From Malacoraja senta (taxonomy: Eukaryota), in the NCBI GenBank assembly GCA_038087875.1, contig CM075991.1, forward strand, positions 3,534,001 through 3,598,000: a stretch of DNA of 64,000 bases, in the 5' to 3' direction. The position numbers and the translations under genes were made by a program. Below, in pieces: positions 47,100-61,487 of this stretch; position 1 is the first letter of the stretch; each line of letters begins with the position of its first letter. The notes beneath the pieces are model-generated. The model saw only the letters and a list, made by a program, of their open reading frames with translations. It was not told the DNA's origin and did not search any database.

Positions 47100-48864
47100 A
47101 TACAAAGAGTCAATAAGATAAGTACTCAAACCTTGGTGCAGTTGTGTCCCCCCTCCTGCCACACATAACCCATTGTAATGAAGCTCAGAGCCGTGTGCGC
47201 CAACCTCAGCTGCTTATGCCCAGTGAGCAGATGGGTGCCCAGGAGTGGCATCTGTGGAAAGATAAGGAAGGAGATAAATACAATTAACAAAAGAAAAACA
47301 AACACAAAATGCTGGAGTAACTCAGCGGGACAGGCAGCATCTCTGGATAGAAGGAATGGGCGACGTTTCGGGTCGAGACCCTTCTTCACTCAGCTTTGTA
47401 TTTGTAATTCCTGGCCTGTTCTTTGGGATATTTAATCCAAGGTTTCTCTCAGTTGGCCATTTGCTTTATTTTAAGGTGGGTTTGTTTAGTTTAGAGATAC
47501 AGCGTGGAAACAGGACACCGAGCCCACACCTAGCAGCAATCACCCGTACACTAGTTATATCCTACACACATGGGGCAATTTACAGAGGCCAATTAAACTA
47601 CAAACCTGCACGTCTTTGGAGAAAACCCATGTGGTCACAGGGAGAACGTGCAAACTCCGTGCAGTCAGCACCCGAGGTCAGGATCAAACCCGGGTCTCCG
47701 GCGCAAGTCTACCGCTGCGCCACCGTGCCGGCCTGTATTCTTCAAAGATGTCTCTGACTTCCCTTGAGTGCATAAAGGTGAGACTGAGCAACAATCGACA
47801 ACGATAGACACAAAGTGCTGGAGTAGGTCTGCGGATCGGGCAGCATCTCTGGAGAACATGGATAGGTGACGTCTCGGGTCGGGACCCTTCCTCAGACTGA
47901 TTTAAGTCGGGTTCGCTGCATCTCTAAACTAAACTAAACTATCCATGCTCTCCAGAGATGCTGCCTGACCTGCTGAGTTACTCCAGCACTTTATGCCTAT
48001 CTAAGGATAAGACAGGTAATTAATGGTGCTTGGGATATGGGTCCCCCTTTTAACCCTGCCCTGTAACAAGCAGGAACTCACTTTGTAATGTTTCCAGAAC
48101 AGAACATGACCTTTACTATCTAGAGCTGCAGATAAACTCGGGCAAAGGTTAACAGAAACATGTTGTCTCTCGAATTGTCTGTCAGCTGAAACAAATTGTT
48201 TTGAGAAAAGAGAATTGGTTGAAAAAAAAATGTTTTTAAGCGGTTTGGCAGTGGGCCAGAGACTAACTTGTTCATAAACAAGTTCAGTTTGCTCATGGGC
48301 TGTACAAGGCTACAAACAAACTCTGGCGAAAAAGTTCAGGCAACGTTTCAGGTCAAGACCATTCTTCAGACTGGTCGAAACCCGGTCACTCCTTCTTCTC
48401 CCATTGGGCAGTAGATACAGAAGCTTGAAAGCACATACCACCGGACTCAGGAATAGGTTCTTCCCCTGTTATCAGTATTCTGAACAGTCCTTCTATAAGC
48501 TAGGGTACTGTCCGATTCACCTCTACCCCATTGCGGACATTAGACCCCCTTGTCTATAGATCTACTGCGCTGCAATGTTGAGAACTATATTCTGCACTGT
48601 GTATCTTCCTCTTTGCTCTACCTATTGTACTTCAGTTCGGTTTGATTGTATTTATAGTAATATCTGATTATCAAGGTCGGCCATGGGAGGCACAGAGGCT
48701 GACAGTGGACGGGCGAGGAGAGAGACGATGGTTTGTGGGATGATCTGGACGGAGTTGACGTCTGCAACGGGCCTTTATTGCCAACTGCAGGTTAGACTTT
48801 GAAAATGGCTCCTAAACCTGGCAACGCCTGCACGTATATGGTCTCAGTGAGCTGTTTCTATGCT

Positions 48865-49303
48865 TTTTTTCCCTTCTTTCTTCTTAGGCCCCCCCTCGGT
48901 CATGGCTGACCATGGGTGTCTCCAGGGTTGGAGGACGCCAGTGCGTGACTTTGTTTAACGAGGGGAGACTGGTGCACAGACAGCCACCCCATGGTCCTTG
49001 ACAGATCTGGGTCAGGATCCTGTGGCATGGATGACCCAGATCATCCAAGACGACCGGAGACCCTTTTCTGCTGCAGCCTTCATCCGCCATCCCAGCCGTT
49101 GTGACGCTCCACTAAGGTCAGCCATCGTCCTCCGCCTGTTCCACCGTTGAGGTCTTGGTTGGATTGCTCTTTGTCGGAGTCCTCCCCCTCGACCTTACCG
49201 CCATGGGTGGCCCTACCAGGAGCATAGCTCCAGACGGCATCGCTCTCAGGATCTCAGGACCACACAAGCTTCTCCACCACGACAAGGTGATAATCCACGG
49301 AGA
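48865..49303 (-). mobile_element. RTE-derived SINE-like element (second family)
   Basis: Minus-strand 5' ccttgtcgtggtggagaagcttg...gagcgatgcc...gtagggccacccatg resembles the RTE 5' UTR; 3' hairpin-like ggtcagccatgacc and (aag)n/A tail. Confidence 0.62.
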
Positions 49304-50069
49304 ATTGTGTGCTTTGCATTGTGTTCTTAAACAGGGATAGTAATAATCTTACTGATCTGTATGCAAAGAAAGAATCTCACTGCATCTTGGTACATGGTAC
49401 AATATAGAACCATTGAAACATTGGGCAGCACAGTGGCGGACCAGTAGTGCTGCCGCCTTACAGTGCCAGAGACCCGGGTTCGATCCCGACTGCGTGTGCC
49501 GTCTGAATGGAGTTTGTATGTTCTCCCCGTGACCTGCGTGGGTTTTCTCCGAGATCTTCCATTTCCTCCCACATCCCAGAGATGTCCAGGTTTGTAGGGT
49601 GATTGGTTTAGTATAAATGTATCAATGTAAAATTATCCCCAGGATGGCGTTAGTGTGTGGGGATCGCTGGTCGGCGCGGACACCGTGGGCCGAAGGGCCT
49701 GTATCTCTAAACCAATCTAAACATTGAAGTATTGAGCTCAGGATCAAATGATAAATGAAGGACCTACTTTGTTCACTTCATGACGAAGTTGATGACGCTC
49801 AATCAGCTGAGGAAGATTGGTGGCGATATCCATCCATGGTTGGTAGAACTTCGGAAGGTCGGACTGGTGAAATAAAGAAATCAATTATTCATCAACCGAG
49901 CTAGAGGTAAATTATGCAAAACCTGACTTTGTGCAGAGAATCGGAAAGTCAATTAGTGTTTTTAAAGTTAAAATGGGGAGGTCACTGTTCCAGAAATTAA
50001 ATTAACACGAAGAACAGTCGGGTTATTAGAACCCAAAGCCCTGACGTAACTCAGTAAGTCACGCAGCAG

Positions 50070-50510
50070 AGAAGCATGGAAACATAAAAAATAGGTACAG
50101 GAATAGGCCATTCGGCCCTTCGAGCCAGCACCACCATTCAATACGACCATGGCTGATAATCCAAAATCAGTAACCCGTTCCTGTTTTCTCCCCATATTCC
50201 TTGATTCCATGAGCCCTAAGATCTACATCTAACTCTGTCTTGAATATATCCAGTGAATTGGCCTCCACTGCCTTCTGTGGTGGAGAATTCCACAGATCCA
50301 CAACTCTCTGGGTGAAATTATTTTTCCTCATCTCAGTCCTAAATGGCCTACCCCTTATTCTTAAACTGTGACCCCTGGTTCAGGACTCCCCCAACATCGG
50401 GAACATTTTTCCTGCATCTAGCCTGTCCAATTTTACATGTTTCTATAAGATCACCTCTCATCCTTCTAAATTCCAATGAATATAAGCCCAGTCGATCCAT
50501 TCTTTCATCT
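50070..50510 (-). mobile_element. CR1 3' fragment
   Basis: DRLGLYSLEFRRMRGDLIET motif and CR1 3' UTR. Confidence 0.85.
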
Positions 50511-51949
50511 CTAGCATTTGTAGCATCTCGACATAACATGAATGGGCGACGTTTTGGTTTGGGACCCTTCTTCAGGCTGTCCCCCTCCATGTACCCACCT
50601 AACACTTGTGTAGGAAGGAACTGCAGATGTTGGTTTAAACCAAAGATAGACACAAAATGCTGGAGTAACTCAGCGGGACAGGCAGCATCTCTGGAGAGAA
50701 GGAAGAGGTGACTTCTCGGGTCAAGATGTCAGTCTAAAGAAGGGTCTTGACCCGAAATGTCTGCTATTCCTTTTCTCCGGAGATGCTGCTTGACCCGCTG
50801 AGTTACTCCAGCACTTTGTGTTTTGAGCACGATTCCAGCATCTGCATTTCTTTGTGTCTCCATGTTGATACCTCTGCTCCAATCCTTTGGGAGTGGCTTT
50901 GACAGATACACACTGGCTGTATACAAGAGTGTTTACTTTTGCAACCTGACCTCTGAGAGATAGGAAGATAAGGCAGTCTGAAGAAGAGACCTTAGTTAGT
51001 TTGTTTGTTTGTTTAGTTTGGAGATGCAGCGCGGAAACAGGCCCTTCGGCCCACCAAGTCCGTGCTGATCTGCAATCCCCACACATTAACACAAAGCTAC
51101 AGAACACTGGGGACAATTTATAATTATACCAAGCTAATTGGCCCACAAACCCGCACGTCTTTGTAGTGTGGGAGGAAACCGGAGATTCTGGAGAAAACCC
51201 ACGCAGGTCACGGGGAGAAGGTACAAACTCCATACTGACAGAACCCGTAGTCAGGATCGAATCCGGGTCTCTGGGGCTGTAAGGCAGCAACTCTACCACA
51301 GCGCCACCGTGCCGCCCACAGAGCTGACCTGAAACATTGTTCATATCTGTTCTCCAGAGATGCTGCCTGACCCACTGTGTTACTCCAGCACTTTGTGTTC
51401 TACACTTGATTCCAGCATCTGCAGTTCCTTGTGTATCCATTTGAGTTAGGTTTCTATGCCTCCTTGCATTTGATGAGTATTTCTCCCTGAAGAAGGACCA
51501 CGTGACGTTAATGAGTGACAAAACCTTTCACTTTTGTGCATTTTGTTCCTGAAAACTCATGTAAATCCAGCAACAGAGAATGGGATGTTTGTTTGGAGCT
51601 GTTTGTGTTGGATAAATTATCAAAATCCTTTAAATGGGAATGGAAGGAAATGGAATAACCCTGCTGCCAATTTCTTTAGAAATTGTAACAACCAAATAAG
51701 AGGAATGCAGGCTAATTCCATGTTGCTTTAAGATAAGCAGATACATATAAAACACTATTATCAGGTAATCAGGGTTCATATGGACGGGAAAGGAATGGAG
51801 GGTTATGGTCTGAGCGCAGGTATATGGGACTAGGGGAGAATACGTGTTCGGCACGGACTAGAAGGGTCGAGATGGCCTGTTTCCGTGCTGTAATTGTTAT
51901 ATGGTTATATGGTTTATATATTACAGCAGGATCAAATCAAAGATATGAC

Positions 51950-52585
51950 CTCCAATTTGACGACCTCGAAAAGATCATCCACTCATTTATCTCCTCCAGC
52001 CTTGATTACTGCAACTCCCTTTACACTGGCATCAGCCAATGTTCCCTGTCCCACCTGCAACTGGTCGAAAACGCCACTGCGAGGCCGAAAAAGGGACCAC
52101 ATCACCCCGATCCTGGCCTCTCTCCACTGGCTCCCTGTGCGATTCTGAATAAATTTCACGCTCCTCCTTTATGTATACAAAGTCCTTAACGGGCTTGCCC
52201 CCACCTACATCAAAAGTCTTCTTACCCACCCCACCACCTCCAGCTCCCTCAGGTCGGCCGACTTGGGGTTACTGAACATCCCGCGGTCTAGGCATAAGCT
52301 CAGGGGCGACCGCACTTTTGCGGTTGCAGCTCCTGGACTATGGAACAGCATCCCTCTTCCCATCAGAACTGCCCCCTCCATCGACTCTTTTAAGTTTAGA
52401 CTTAAAACTTTTTTCTACTCTCAAGCCTTTCTTGAGGTCCTCTGAGGGAGCGCTGTATGTGTGTCTTTATGTGTGTATTGTTGATCTATGTACCACTGTT
52501 TGTAGCATGTTAGTACCTGCACTAATGTAAAGCACTTTGGTCAACGAGAGTTGTTTATAGAAATGAAATTGACTTGACTTGACAT
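51950..52585 (+). mobile_element. L2 LINE 3' fragment
   Basis: DLEKIIHSFISSSLDYCNSL...HITPILASLHWLPV...FAVAAPGLWNSIP; tail gtaaagcactttg...(ttgac)n. Confidence 0.88.
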
Positions 52586-52924
52586 GAAAGATCGTTTATT
52601 GTGGGGGAAAAAATTGTCGGGGATAAAATCAAAAACTAAAGTGGCACGATGGCACAGCGGTAGAGTCACTGCCTCACAGCGCCAGAGACCTGGGTTCGAT
52701 ACTGACTACGGGTGCTGTCTGTGCGGAGTTTGTCCGTCCTCCCTGTGACCGCGTGGGTTTTCTCCCACACTCCAATGACCACCACACTCCATGTTTCTAG
52801 GTTAATTGGCTTCTGTAAATTGTCCCTAGAATGCATGGTAGAATCGTACGATAGAATGTAAGGGGGAATCACTGGTCGGCGCGGACTTGGTCGGCAGAAG
52901 GGGCTGTTTCAATGTTATATTTCT

Positions 52925-53345
52925 GTACGGAGGAAGAAAGTTAAAGTTATTCGCCTTCCATCACAGTGGGGAATGTGAGGTCGCCGAAAAGCAAGATGGA
53001 CGTGCTGCCCGCGCTGGTGGGGACTGGGAGGGAGTGCCGTGAGTGCAGTGAGTGCAGTGATCTCGGTGTTTGCGCGGACATCGCGCCATGGGGACATCCC
53101 GGAGACTGGTGCGAGTGTGGACGGCTATCTGACTGTTCGGGCGGACAGGGACTGCAGAGGGAGTGACAACAGTCGGTACAACTATGGCCACATCACCTCT
53201 GGTGAAGGAGCGTGTGTGTGTGTGGCCCGGACATTGGACCGATGGCTGGGGATCTCCGCTTATGCTGTGTGCCCTGGGGATTCTCACACGCTGCTGTGGT
53301 GGCTGTTTATGTTTAATCAATAAAGGGCCATTGAACCATTGAAAG
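52925..53345 (+). mobile_element. Rex1/Babar APE-endonuclease N-terminal remnant
   Basis: PSITVGNVRSPKSKMDVLPAL...RECRECS and DGYLTVRADR, matching the Rex1 pattern NVRSLxNKMDEL...RECS...RADR; frameshifted. Confidence 0.65.
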
Positions 53346-54574
53346 TAAAAAGTCAAAGGACTTTGGCATCATGGAGTCTGGGCTTAAGCAGTACCAATAA
53401 CAAAAGATGTTTCACAAGTTTCACCCAGTATTAACGGATCATTTCATGAGAAAGCCATTTTGTTTCCGTGCTGTTCCTGTGCTGTGTGACTGTGCCTCTA
53501 TAACTTAACAGGTACATGGATCGGAAAGGGTTTGAGAAAGGTGGGCCAAACACGGGCAAATGGGACTAGCAAATGGGTCATCTTTGCTAGTCGGCATGGA
53601 CGAGCTGGGCTGAAGGGCCTGCTTCATTGCTGCATTAACCCCATGACACTAATGGTCTTTCCAGACAGCTACAAGTAGTAGCTAGTTCTCAATAGCACCA
53701 GACAACTCCACTTTCAATTCCAAAATAAAGCTTGTGGGGACAAAGGCTGCCTTAAAGTTGCTGCCTTAAAGTTGCTGCACTTCCAGCGCCATAGACCCAG
53801 GTTCGATCCCGCCTACAGGTGCTCTCTGTACGGAGTTTGTACATTCTCCCCGTGACTGCGTGGGTTTTCTCCGAGATCTTCAGTTTCCTCTCACACTCCA
53901 AAGATGTCCAGGTTTTCGGTTAATTGGCTTGGTATAAGTGTAAATTGTCCCTAGTGTGTGTAGGATAGTGTTAATGTGCGGGGATTGCTGGTCGGTGCAG
54001 TATCTCCAAACTAAACTAAAAAGAAACCAAACTCTCCTCAATCTCACCCACCAGCTCAATTGCTAAACCTTTCTGTAAATTCCAGAACTGTATTCACCTT
54101 GATTAAAGGATACTGCATGGAAACAGTCCTCTTGGCCCATCTTGTCCACGCAGCGACCATCGATCACCCATTCACACTTGTTGTATGTTATCCCACTTTC
54201 TCATCAGCTCCCTCCACACTAGAGCCAATTTACAGAGAGCCAATTAGCCGACAAACCTGCACGTCTTTGGGATGTAGTTGGAAAACCGAAGCACCTGGAG
54301 AAAACCCACGCAGTCACAGGGAGAACGTGCAAACTCCACACGGACAGTACTCGAGGTCAGGATCGAACCTGGGTCGCTAGCGCTGTGAGGCAGCGGCTCT
54401 ACCACCTGCGCCTCTGCGCCACCCTCTACAAAGGAGATACTACTGCATCTGAGAAATTTAACCCATTGAGTCATAGAATGATACAGCGCAGAAACAGGCC
54501 CTTCAGCCAAACCTGCCCACGCCAACCAACATGCCCCATCCACACTAGTCCCACCTGCCAGCATTTGGCTCAAG

Positions 54575-54795
54575 ATAGATACAAAAAGCTGGAGTAACTC
54601 AGCAAGATAGACAGCATCTCTGGAGCGGAGGAATTTGTGACGTTTCGGGTTGAGACCCTTCTTCAGTCTGAAGAAGTGTCTCGACCTGAAATGTCATCCA
54701 TTCCTTCACTCCAGAGATGCTGCCTGACCCGTTGAGTTACCCGGGATTTCTGTGTCTATCTTCGGTTTAACCCAGCATCTGCAGTTGTTTCCCAT
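54575..54795. mobile_element. Back-to-back inverted pair of Penelope-derived hammerhead-motif units
   Basis: gtgacgtttcgggttgagacccttcttcag|tctgaagaagtgtctcgacctgaaatgtca, with inverted flanking arms. Confidence 0.8.
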
Positions 54796-55444
54796 GCATT
54801 TGGCTCATGTCCTTCTAAACCTATCCTATCCATGTACCTGTCTAAACATTTCTAAAACGTTGCGATAGTCCCTGCCTCAACGACCTCCTCCGGCAGCTCG
54901 TTCCATGCACCCACCCAGTTGGAAATTAAATCTTGATTGAACATTTTAACACCAGTAGAAAAAGTCAATACATACCAATGGCTCTGGCAAGACAAATCCA
55001 AACTCCTCGGAGATATGAAATGCCTCCAGGTTTATGCACCTTGTATCCCTTGCCTCATCTTCTCCCTTGTTCATTGTTCAGTAGGAAATATTAATGGCGC
55101 TGCAGCGAAATTGGTTGAAATGTAACAATTGCTTCCAAATGTGTTTCACCCCAGCTCGAGAGCTGTCCTCAGCAAGTGTAGATAGCTGATGATGTAAGCT
55201 GCAGTTTGGACTTTAGACTTAGCTTTAAATGCTCTTTTGAAAGGCAAATTTGTGTGCCATGTCATTGGCTCTCTTAAAGTATTCAGGAATAACTGGTTGG
55301 AATGCAAAAACTCACCCCCTGAGTTGGGAGGACAAATGATGTTTGCTCTTTCAAAGGCAGATCAAATAAAACAGCTGGCGTGATAAGAGCAGAGATAACA
55401 GGGGTTGCATCAGGAGAAGGGACATGAGGTGCAAAGTGGCTGCT

Positions 55445-56562
55445 CATAGAGTCATAAAGTGATACAGTGGGAACACAGGCCCTTCGGCCCAACTTGCCCA
55501 CACCGGCCAACATGTTCCAGCTACACTAGTCCCACCTCCCCACTTCTGGTCCATTTCCCTCCAAACCTGTCCTATCCATGTACCTGTCTTAACTGCTTCT
55601 TAAACGTTGGGGGTGTCTCAGCCTCAACTACCTCCTCTGGCAGCTTGTTCCATACACCCACCAGCCTTTGTGTGAAAAAGTTTGCCTCAGATTCCCATTA
55701 AATCGTTTCCCCTTCATCTTAAACCTACGCCCTCTGGTCCTCGATTCTGGGCTAGAGATTCCATGCATCGACCCGATCTATTCCTCTCATGATTGTATAC
55801 ACCTCTTTAGGATTACCCCTCATCCTCCTGTGCTCCAATGAATAGAGACCCCAGCCTATCTAACCTCTTCCTATTGCTCACACCCTCTAGTCCTGGCAAC
55901 ATCCTCGTAAATCTTCTCTGTACCCTTTCCAGCTTGACAACATCTTTCCTATAACATGGTGCCCAGAACTGAACACAATTCTCGAAATGTGGCCTCACCA
56001 ACGCCTTATACAACTGCAACAAAACCTCACAACTTCTATACTCAATACTCTGACTGATAAAGGCCAATGTGCCAAAAGTCTTTTTGACCACCCTATCTAC
56101 CTGCGACTCGACCTTCAGGGAACCATCCACCTGCACTCCTAGATCCCTCTGCTCCACAACACTCCCCAGAGACCCACCATTTACTGTGTAGGTCTTGTCT
56201 ATGTTAGACATCCCAAATTGCAACACCTCACATTTTTCTGTATTAAATTCCATCAACCATTCTTCAGCCCACCTGGCCAACTGATCAAGATCCTGTTGCA
56301 ATTTTTCACAACCATCTTCACTGTCTGCAAAACCACCCACATCTATATCATCTGCAAACTTGCTAATCTTAAGGGCCTGTCCCACTTGGGCGTCATTTGC
56401 ACGTCACGCAGGTGGCGCACGAAGATTTCGTGAATCCCAAAATCCTGGGGCGCCGTGTGCGACCGCGCGTCACTACCTACGTCATCACGTGCGCGTAAAT
56501 TATGTCGCGTAAATTACACGCAAATGACGCCCAAGTGGGACAGGCCCTTTACCATGTATGTT
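55445..56562 (-). mobile_element. CR1 LINE fragment (different subfamily)
   Basis: ISKFADD...LQQDLDQLARWAEEWLMEFNTEKC...RPHFENCVQFWAP. Confidence 0.9.
56372..56548. mobile_element. PIF/Harbinger-type MITE (177 bp)
   Basis: Perfect ~29-bp TIRs agggcctgtcccacttgggcgtcatttgc; TTA TSD. Confidence 0.9.
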
Positions 56563-57601
56563 GGCATCAATAATGCCAAAGTGGAAATGGTTGGGAGCCT
56601 CAAGTTCCTTGGCATAAATATCACCAATGCCGGCCCAACCTCATCGCAGTGACTGCCAAGAACCTGCACCAAAGCTTTTACTTCATCAGACGCTGAGGGA
56701 ATTCTCCAATGGTTCTTACAAACTTCTACAGATGCACCTCAGAAAGCATAAGGAGATTTCCGCAGTCTATATCTCTCATTTCCATTCCCTCTGACTCTCA
56801 GTCTGAAGAAGGGTCCCAACCCGAAACGTCACCTATTCCTTTTCTTCAGAGATGCTGTCTACCCCGCTGAGTTACTCCAGCATGTTGTGTCCATCTTCAG
56901 GTGGCATCAGAGCCTGGCTTATCCCTGCCTCTGCACCCTCACTGTGACACGGGGACTAAACTGAACCCCTCATGTCATAAGCGATGGGAGCAGAATTAGG
57001 CCATTTGGCCCCATCAAGTCTACTCCTCCAGTCAATCATGGCTGATCTATCTCTCCCTCCTAATCCCTTTCTCCTGCCTTCTCCCCTTAACACCCGTACT
57101 CTCACTGAATGTAATTTATCCACTCAACCCCATTCCAGTGTGTAGCAGGTTAAAATACAGCCTCATACACAACCCAAAGACGTGCTTTATTGCAGGTTCA
57201 TCGTCCCTCTGTATATTACCCCTCTCTAGAGAGTGGATGAGAAAATGGAATACAATAGAACTAGTGTGAACGAGTGATTGATGGTCGGTGTGCTTGATGG
57301 GCCGAAGGGCCTGTTTCCATGCTGTAATTCAAGTTTAGTTTAAACGTACAGTGCAGAGACAGACCCTTCAGCCCCCCGAGTCCAGGCCAACAAGCGTTCA
57401 CCCCTTACACTAACACTATCCTACACACTAGGGACAATTTTACAATTTTTATTTATCAAAGCCAATGAACTTGTACATCTTTGGAGTGTGGCAGGAAACC
57501 GGAGCACCTGGAGAAAACCCGAGTGGTCACAACAAAAATTTACAAACTCTGTACAGGCAGCACCCGTGGTCCGGATTGATCCCGGGTCTCTGGTGCTGTA
57601 A

Positions 57602-57971
57602 AGGGCCTGTCCCACTTAGGCTATCTTTAGGCGACTGCCGGCGACTGTCATAATCGTAGCAGGTCGCCGAAAAAAAATTGAAATAGAATCATCACTTTAA
57701 CAAAACAAAAAAAATCAGCACCAGCAACAACCTACGTTAACCTGGCGACAACTATGACAGCACCTACATCAGGAGAAGTCAAGCTACGCTCATTTGCGTC
57801 AAATCCACTGTCTCCATAAAATTTTCAACATGTTGAAAATCCAGCAGCGACCAGAAAACACTACGACTCTTTGGGCGACTAAGGAGACGACTCACGACCA
57901 TACAGGCGACACCCTGGCGACCATGTGGCCACAGCCTAGTCGCCTGTAAACGCCTAAGTGGGACAGGTCCT
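57602..57971. mobile_element. PIF/Harbinger-type MITE inserted in a V-SINE head
   Basis: TIRs agggcctgtcccacttaggc / gcctaagtgggacaggtcct; a related right-end fragment lies at ~30705-30780. Confidence 0.8.
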
Positions 57972-59429
57972 GAAAGGCAGCAACTCTACTGCTGCGCAAC
58001 TCTGCCAACCTAACATTTAAGATTAACATTTTTAACATCTCTGAACTTGAAGAGGGCCAAATGGCAGGAGAAACATGGCATCTCTCGAGTGTTTCCTCAG
58101 AGAAATCTCCTCTCTTACACTTGTACTTAAGTATGATAGCGGCCAATGTATCAGAAGATCGTTGCTGAACTCTGCAATTAATGGGAATTTCTTTGTCCCT
58201 CAGTACATGACACAATAAAGTACCATTGAGCCATTGAACTTACATATCACACCCGTCCCTCTCACTTCTACATACCTGCGATCGTCCCTCTTCACTCTCA
58301 GTCCTGATGCAGGGTCTGGATTCGAAATATTGACCTTCCTTTTGCCTCCACAGATGCCGCCTGAGCCACTGAGTCCTTTGTTTTTGTTCTAGATTCCACT
58401 CTCCAAGATTGGCTGGAAACCGGAGCACCCGAGCAAAACCCACGTGGTCACGAGAAGAACGTACAAGCTCCGCACAGACAGCACCCGTGGTCAGGATCGA
58501 ACCCGGGTCTCTGGCGCTGTAAGGAACAAACTCTACCGCTGCGCCACCGTGCTGCCCCCTCATTGCTGGAGACCTTGCTCTGAGAGACGGAACTGAGCAT
58601 CATAAAGGGCTTCTGGGTCAATTTGATTTCTGGACACGATAATTGGAGGTTTGGGATTTTTATTTTTAAAAGAGTTTCAGGCTGTAAAACCACACCTTGT
58701 CTGGCATGTTGACAGGAGTGGCTGCTCCCATGGGCTCCTGTAGATGTGCCAGTGATCTGCCTGTCACCTCTGGCTGGCTTCCTTGCATTGAAATCTGCAT
58801 TCGGCTATTGTTTCAGTCTCAAGGGCGGGCGGCATAATGTGATGTCCACATTTCCTATCGTGCCGCCTTTCATTGGAGTCACTCCTCCTCAGTAAAATTA
58901 GGTTGTCTGAAGAAGAGTCTCGACCCGAGACGTCACCCATTCCTACTCTCCAGAGATGCTGCCAGTCCCGCTGAGTTACTCCAGTATTTTGTGTCTATCT
59001 TCTGTTTGAAAATTTACTTCTCCACCTTCAGGTAACCCTTGTTTTCTCTCTCTCTCCATCTCTCCCCCTTCCTAGTTCTCCGACCAGTCTGATGTCCCAC
59101 TGATTAAATTTTATCTTTGTATGCTTCATATTCACCTTCTCCTAGCTAACGATGATCTACTCTACACTTTCCTTGATCTCATTCCCTTTGATGTTTTGTG
59201 TTCACTTCCTTATCTCTGTCTCCCACTTCCCTGATTCTCAGACTGCGGAAGGGTCTCGACCAGAAACGTCACCCATTCCTTCTCTCCAGATATGCTGCCT
59301 GTCCCGCTGAGTTACTCCAGCATTTTGTGTCTGTTTTAGATTGTTTAACAATTACCACCCTGGCATCCATGTGCTCTCTTCTGCTCTGGTTCCTCTTGGG
59401 TGAATGCGGAGTGGAGTAGAACTCAGACT

Positions 59430-59855
59430 TATAGACACACAAAGCTGGAGTTACTCAGCGGGATACGCAGCGTCCCTGGATAGAAGGAAATGGGTGATGT
59501 TTCGGGTCGAGACCCTTCTTCAGACTGGTTAGGAAAAGGTGAAACAAGAGATATAGACAGTGAGGTGGAGAGCTAAAGAACGATGAATGAAAGATATGCG
59601 AAAAAAAGTAACGATGATGAAGGAAACAGGCCATTGTTGGCTGTTTGTTGGGTGAAAGTGAGAAGGTGCGACTTGGGTGGGGGAGGGATGGAGAGAGAGG
59701 GAATGCTGAGGTAACTTGAAGTTAGAGAAGTTAATGTTCATGCCGCTGGGCTGTAAGCTGCCCAAGCGAAATATGAGATGCTGTTCCTCCAATTTGCGCT
59801 GGGCCTCACTCTGACAATGGAGGAGGCCCAGGACGGAAAGGTCAGTGTGGGAATG
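59430..59855 (-). mobile_element. Penelope-like 3' fragment with hammerhead-like motif
   Basis: EEQHLIFRLGSLQPSGMNINFSNF followed by the pseudo-LTR; motif at ~59496-59523. Confidence 0.82.
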
Positions 59856-61134
59856 CTGTCTGAAAGCAGAGCAATTACATTTACAGCTAATTTTTTTTAA
59901 AAAATTTTTAATGATTCAGTGGTACTTTATTGTCTCAAGTCTCTAGACGCATTAATATTCGTTGTGTTGTAAACAATTAAGCAAAATCATTCTATACAGT
60001 AAGCACAACCATACCCATGAACAAGAGTGCACTAAATGTGGTGTAAGAATCATACATTGCACTGCGGTAGAACACAATGGGTTACAATGTTTCCAGAACT
60101 ATCTGCTTTTCTTCAAGTTTAGGTTTTTAGTTTTTAGTTTTAGAGATACAGTGCAGAAATAGGCACTTCGGCCCACCCGGTCCGCGCCGACCAGCTATCC
60201 CCGCTCACTAACATTAGCATTATCCTACACTCACTGGGGACAGTTTTACATATTTACCAAACCAATTAACCTCTCCATCTTTGGTGTGTGGGAGGAAACC
60301 GAAGATCTCTGGATCGGTTCTCTGGATACTTTCAAGAGAGAGCTAGATAGGGCTCTTAAAGGTAGCTTAGTCAGGGGATATGGGGAGAAAGCAGGAACGG
60401 GGTATTGATTGGGGATGTTCAGCCATAATCACATTGAATGACGGTGCTGGCTCGAAGGGCCGAACGGCCTACTCCTGCAACTATTGTCCATTGTCTATCT
60501 TGGAGAAAACCCACGGGGAGAACGTACAAACCCCGTAGAGACAGCACCCATAGTCGGGATCGACCCGGGTCTCTGGTGCTGTAAGGCAGCAGCTCCACCA
60601 CTGTGCCACCATGCTGCCTTAGTTGGGATGTCATGATACAGGTGTATGTAATGTTAGTTCATCCCCAATTTTGCCGCATTGCGTGCAGTGCTGATTCATG
60701 CTACCACAGGACTATAATTCAGCTATTGAAGGCGCCAAAAAGATTTGCAAGAATTTGCAAGAAGGCTTGAGTAATAAGGAAATATGCAAGGTTGTTAGCA
60801 GGACTTTTACGAGAATGTTGCTAGGACTTAAGGGCCTGAGCCAGTGAGGGATGAGCAGGCTCGGATTTTACTCCTTGGAGTGCAGGAAGATGAGGGGTGA
60901 TCTTATAGAGGTGTATACGATCATGAGAGGAGTAGATCGGGTAGAGTCTTTTAGAAAGACGGTCTTTCCTACATACTATCTCTGCCTCTCAGAATTTTAT
61001 ATGAACGTTTTAGATAAGCATTAGACACAAACAGCTGGACTACGTCAACGGGTCAGGCAGTATCTCGGAAGAAAAGGAAAAGGTGACTTTTTGGGTCAAG
61101 ACCCTCCTTCAGATGTACAAACTTATCCTGGTCA

Positions 61135-61487
61135 AGGGGGGATGCTAGTTGAAGAGTTGGTATGTCCCATTTACGTAATGCTCATAAAAATATTTGTTTC
61201 TCTCTTTTTCCTCTTTCTCTTTCTCTTTCTTTTCTAGGGTCTATTTCTTAACTCTTTTTCTTTTGTTTTTTTAATTTTGCTCTTATAGGGTCTTCGTCCT
61301 TTTTTGTTGTCACATTTTCTACACTTTCACTTTTTCCTTCACTTTCTTCTTTCTTTCAATCTTTTCTTTTTCTAGTGTAAAAAATAAATGGAGTACATTA
61401 ATTGTAAGAAGACATAAGTGACGAGTACTAATGTATGTGGTTGTAATGTAATGTACTTCTAATAAATTAAAAAAACAAAAAACAAAA
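61135..61487 (+). mobile_element. L1 3' UTR insertion, very recent
   Basis: Near-identical reverse complement of 21833-22165; aataaa and A-rich tail; perfect 18-bp TSD acaaacttatcctggtca (61117-61134 and 61488-61505). Confidence 0.88.
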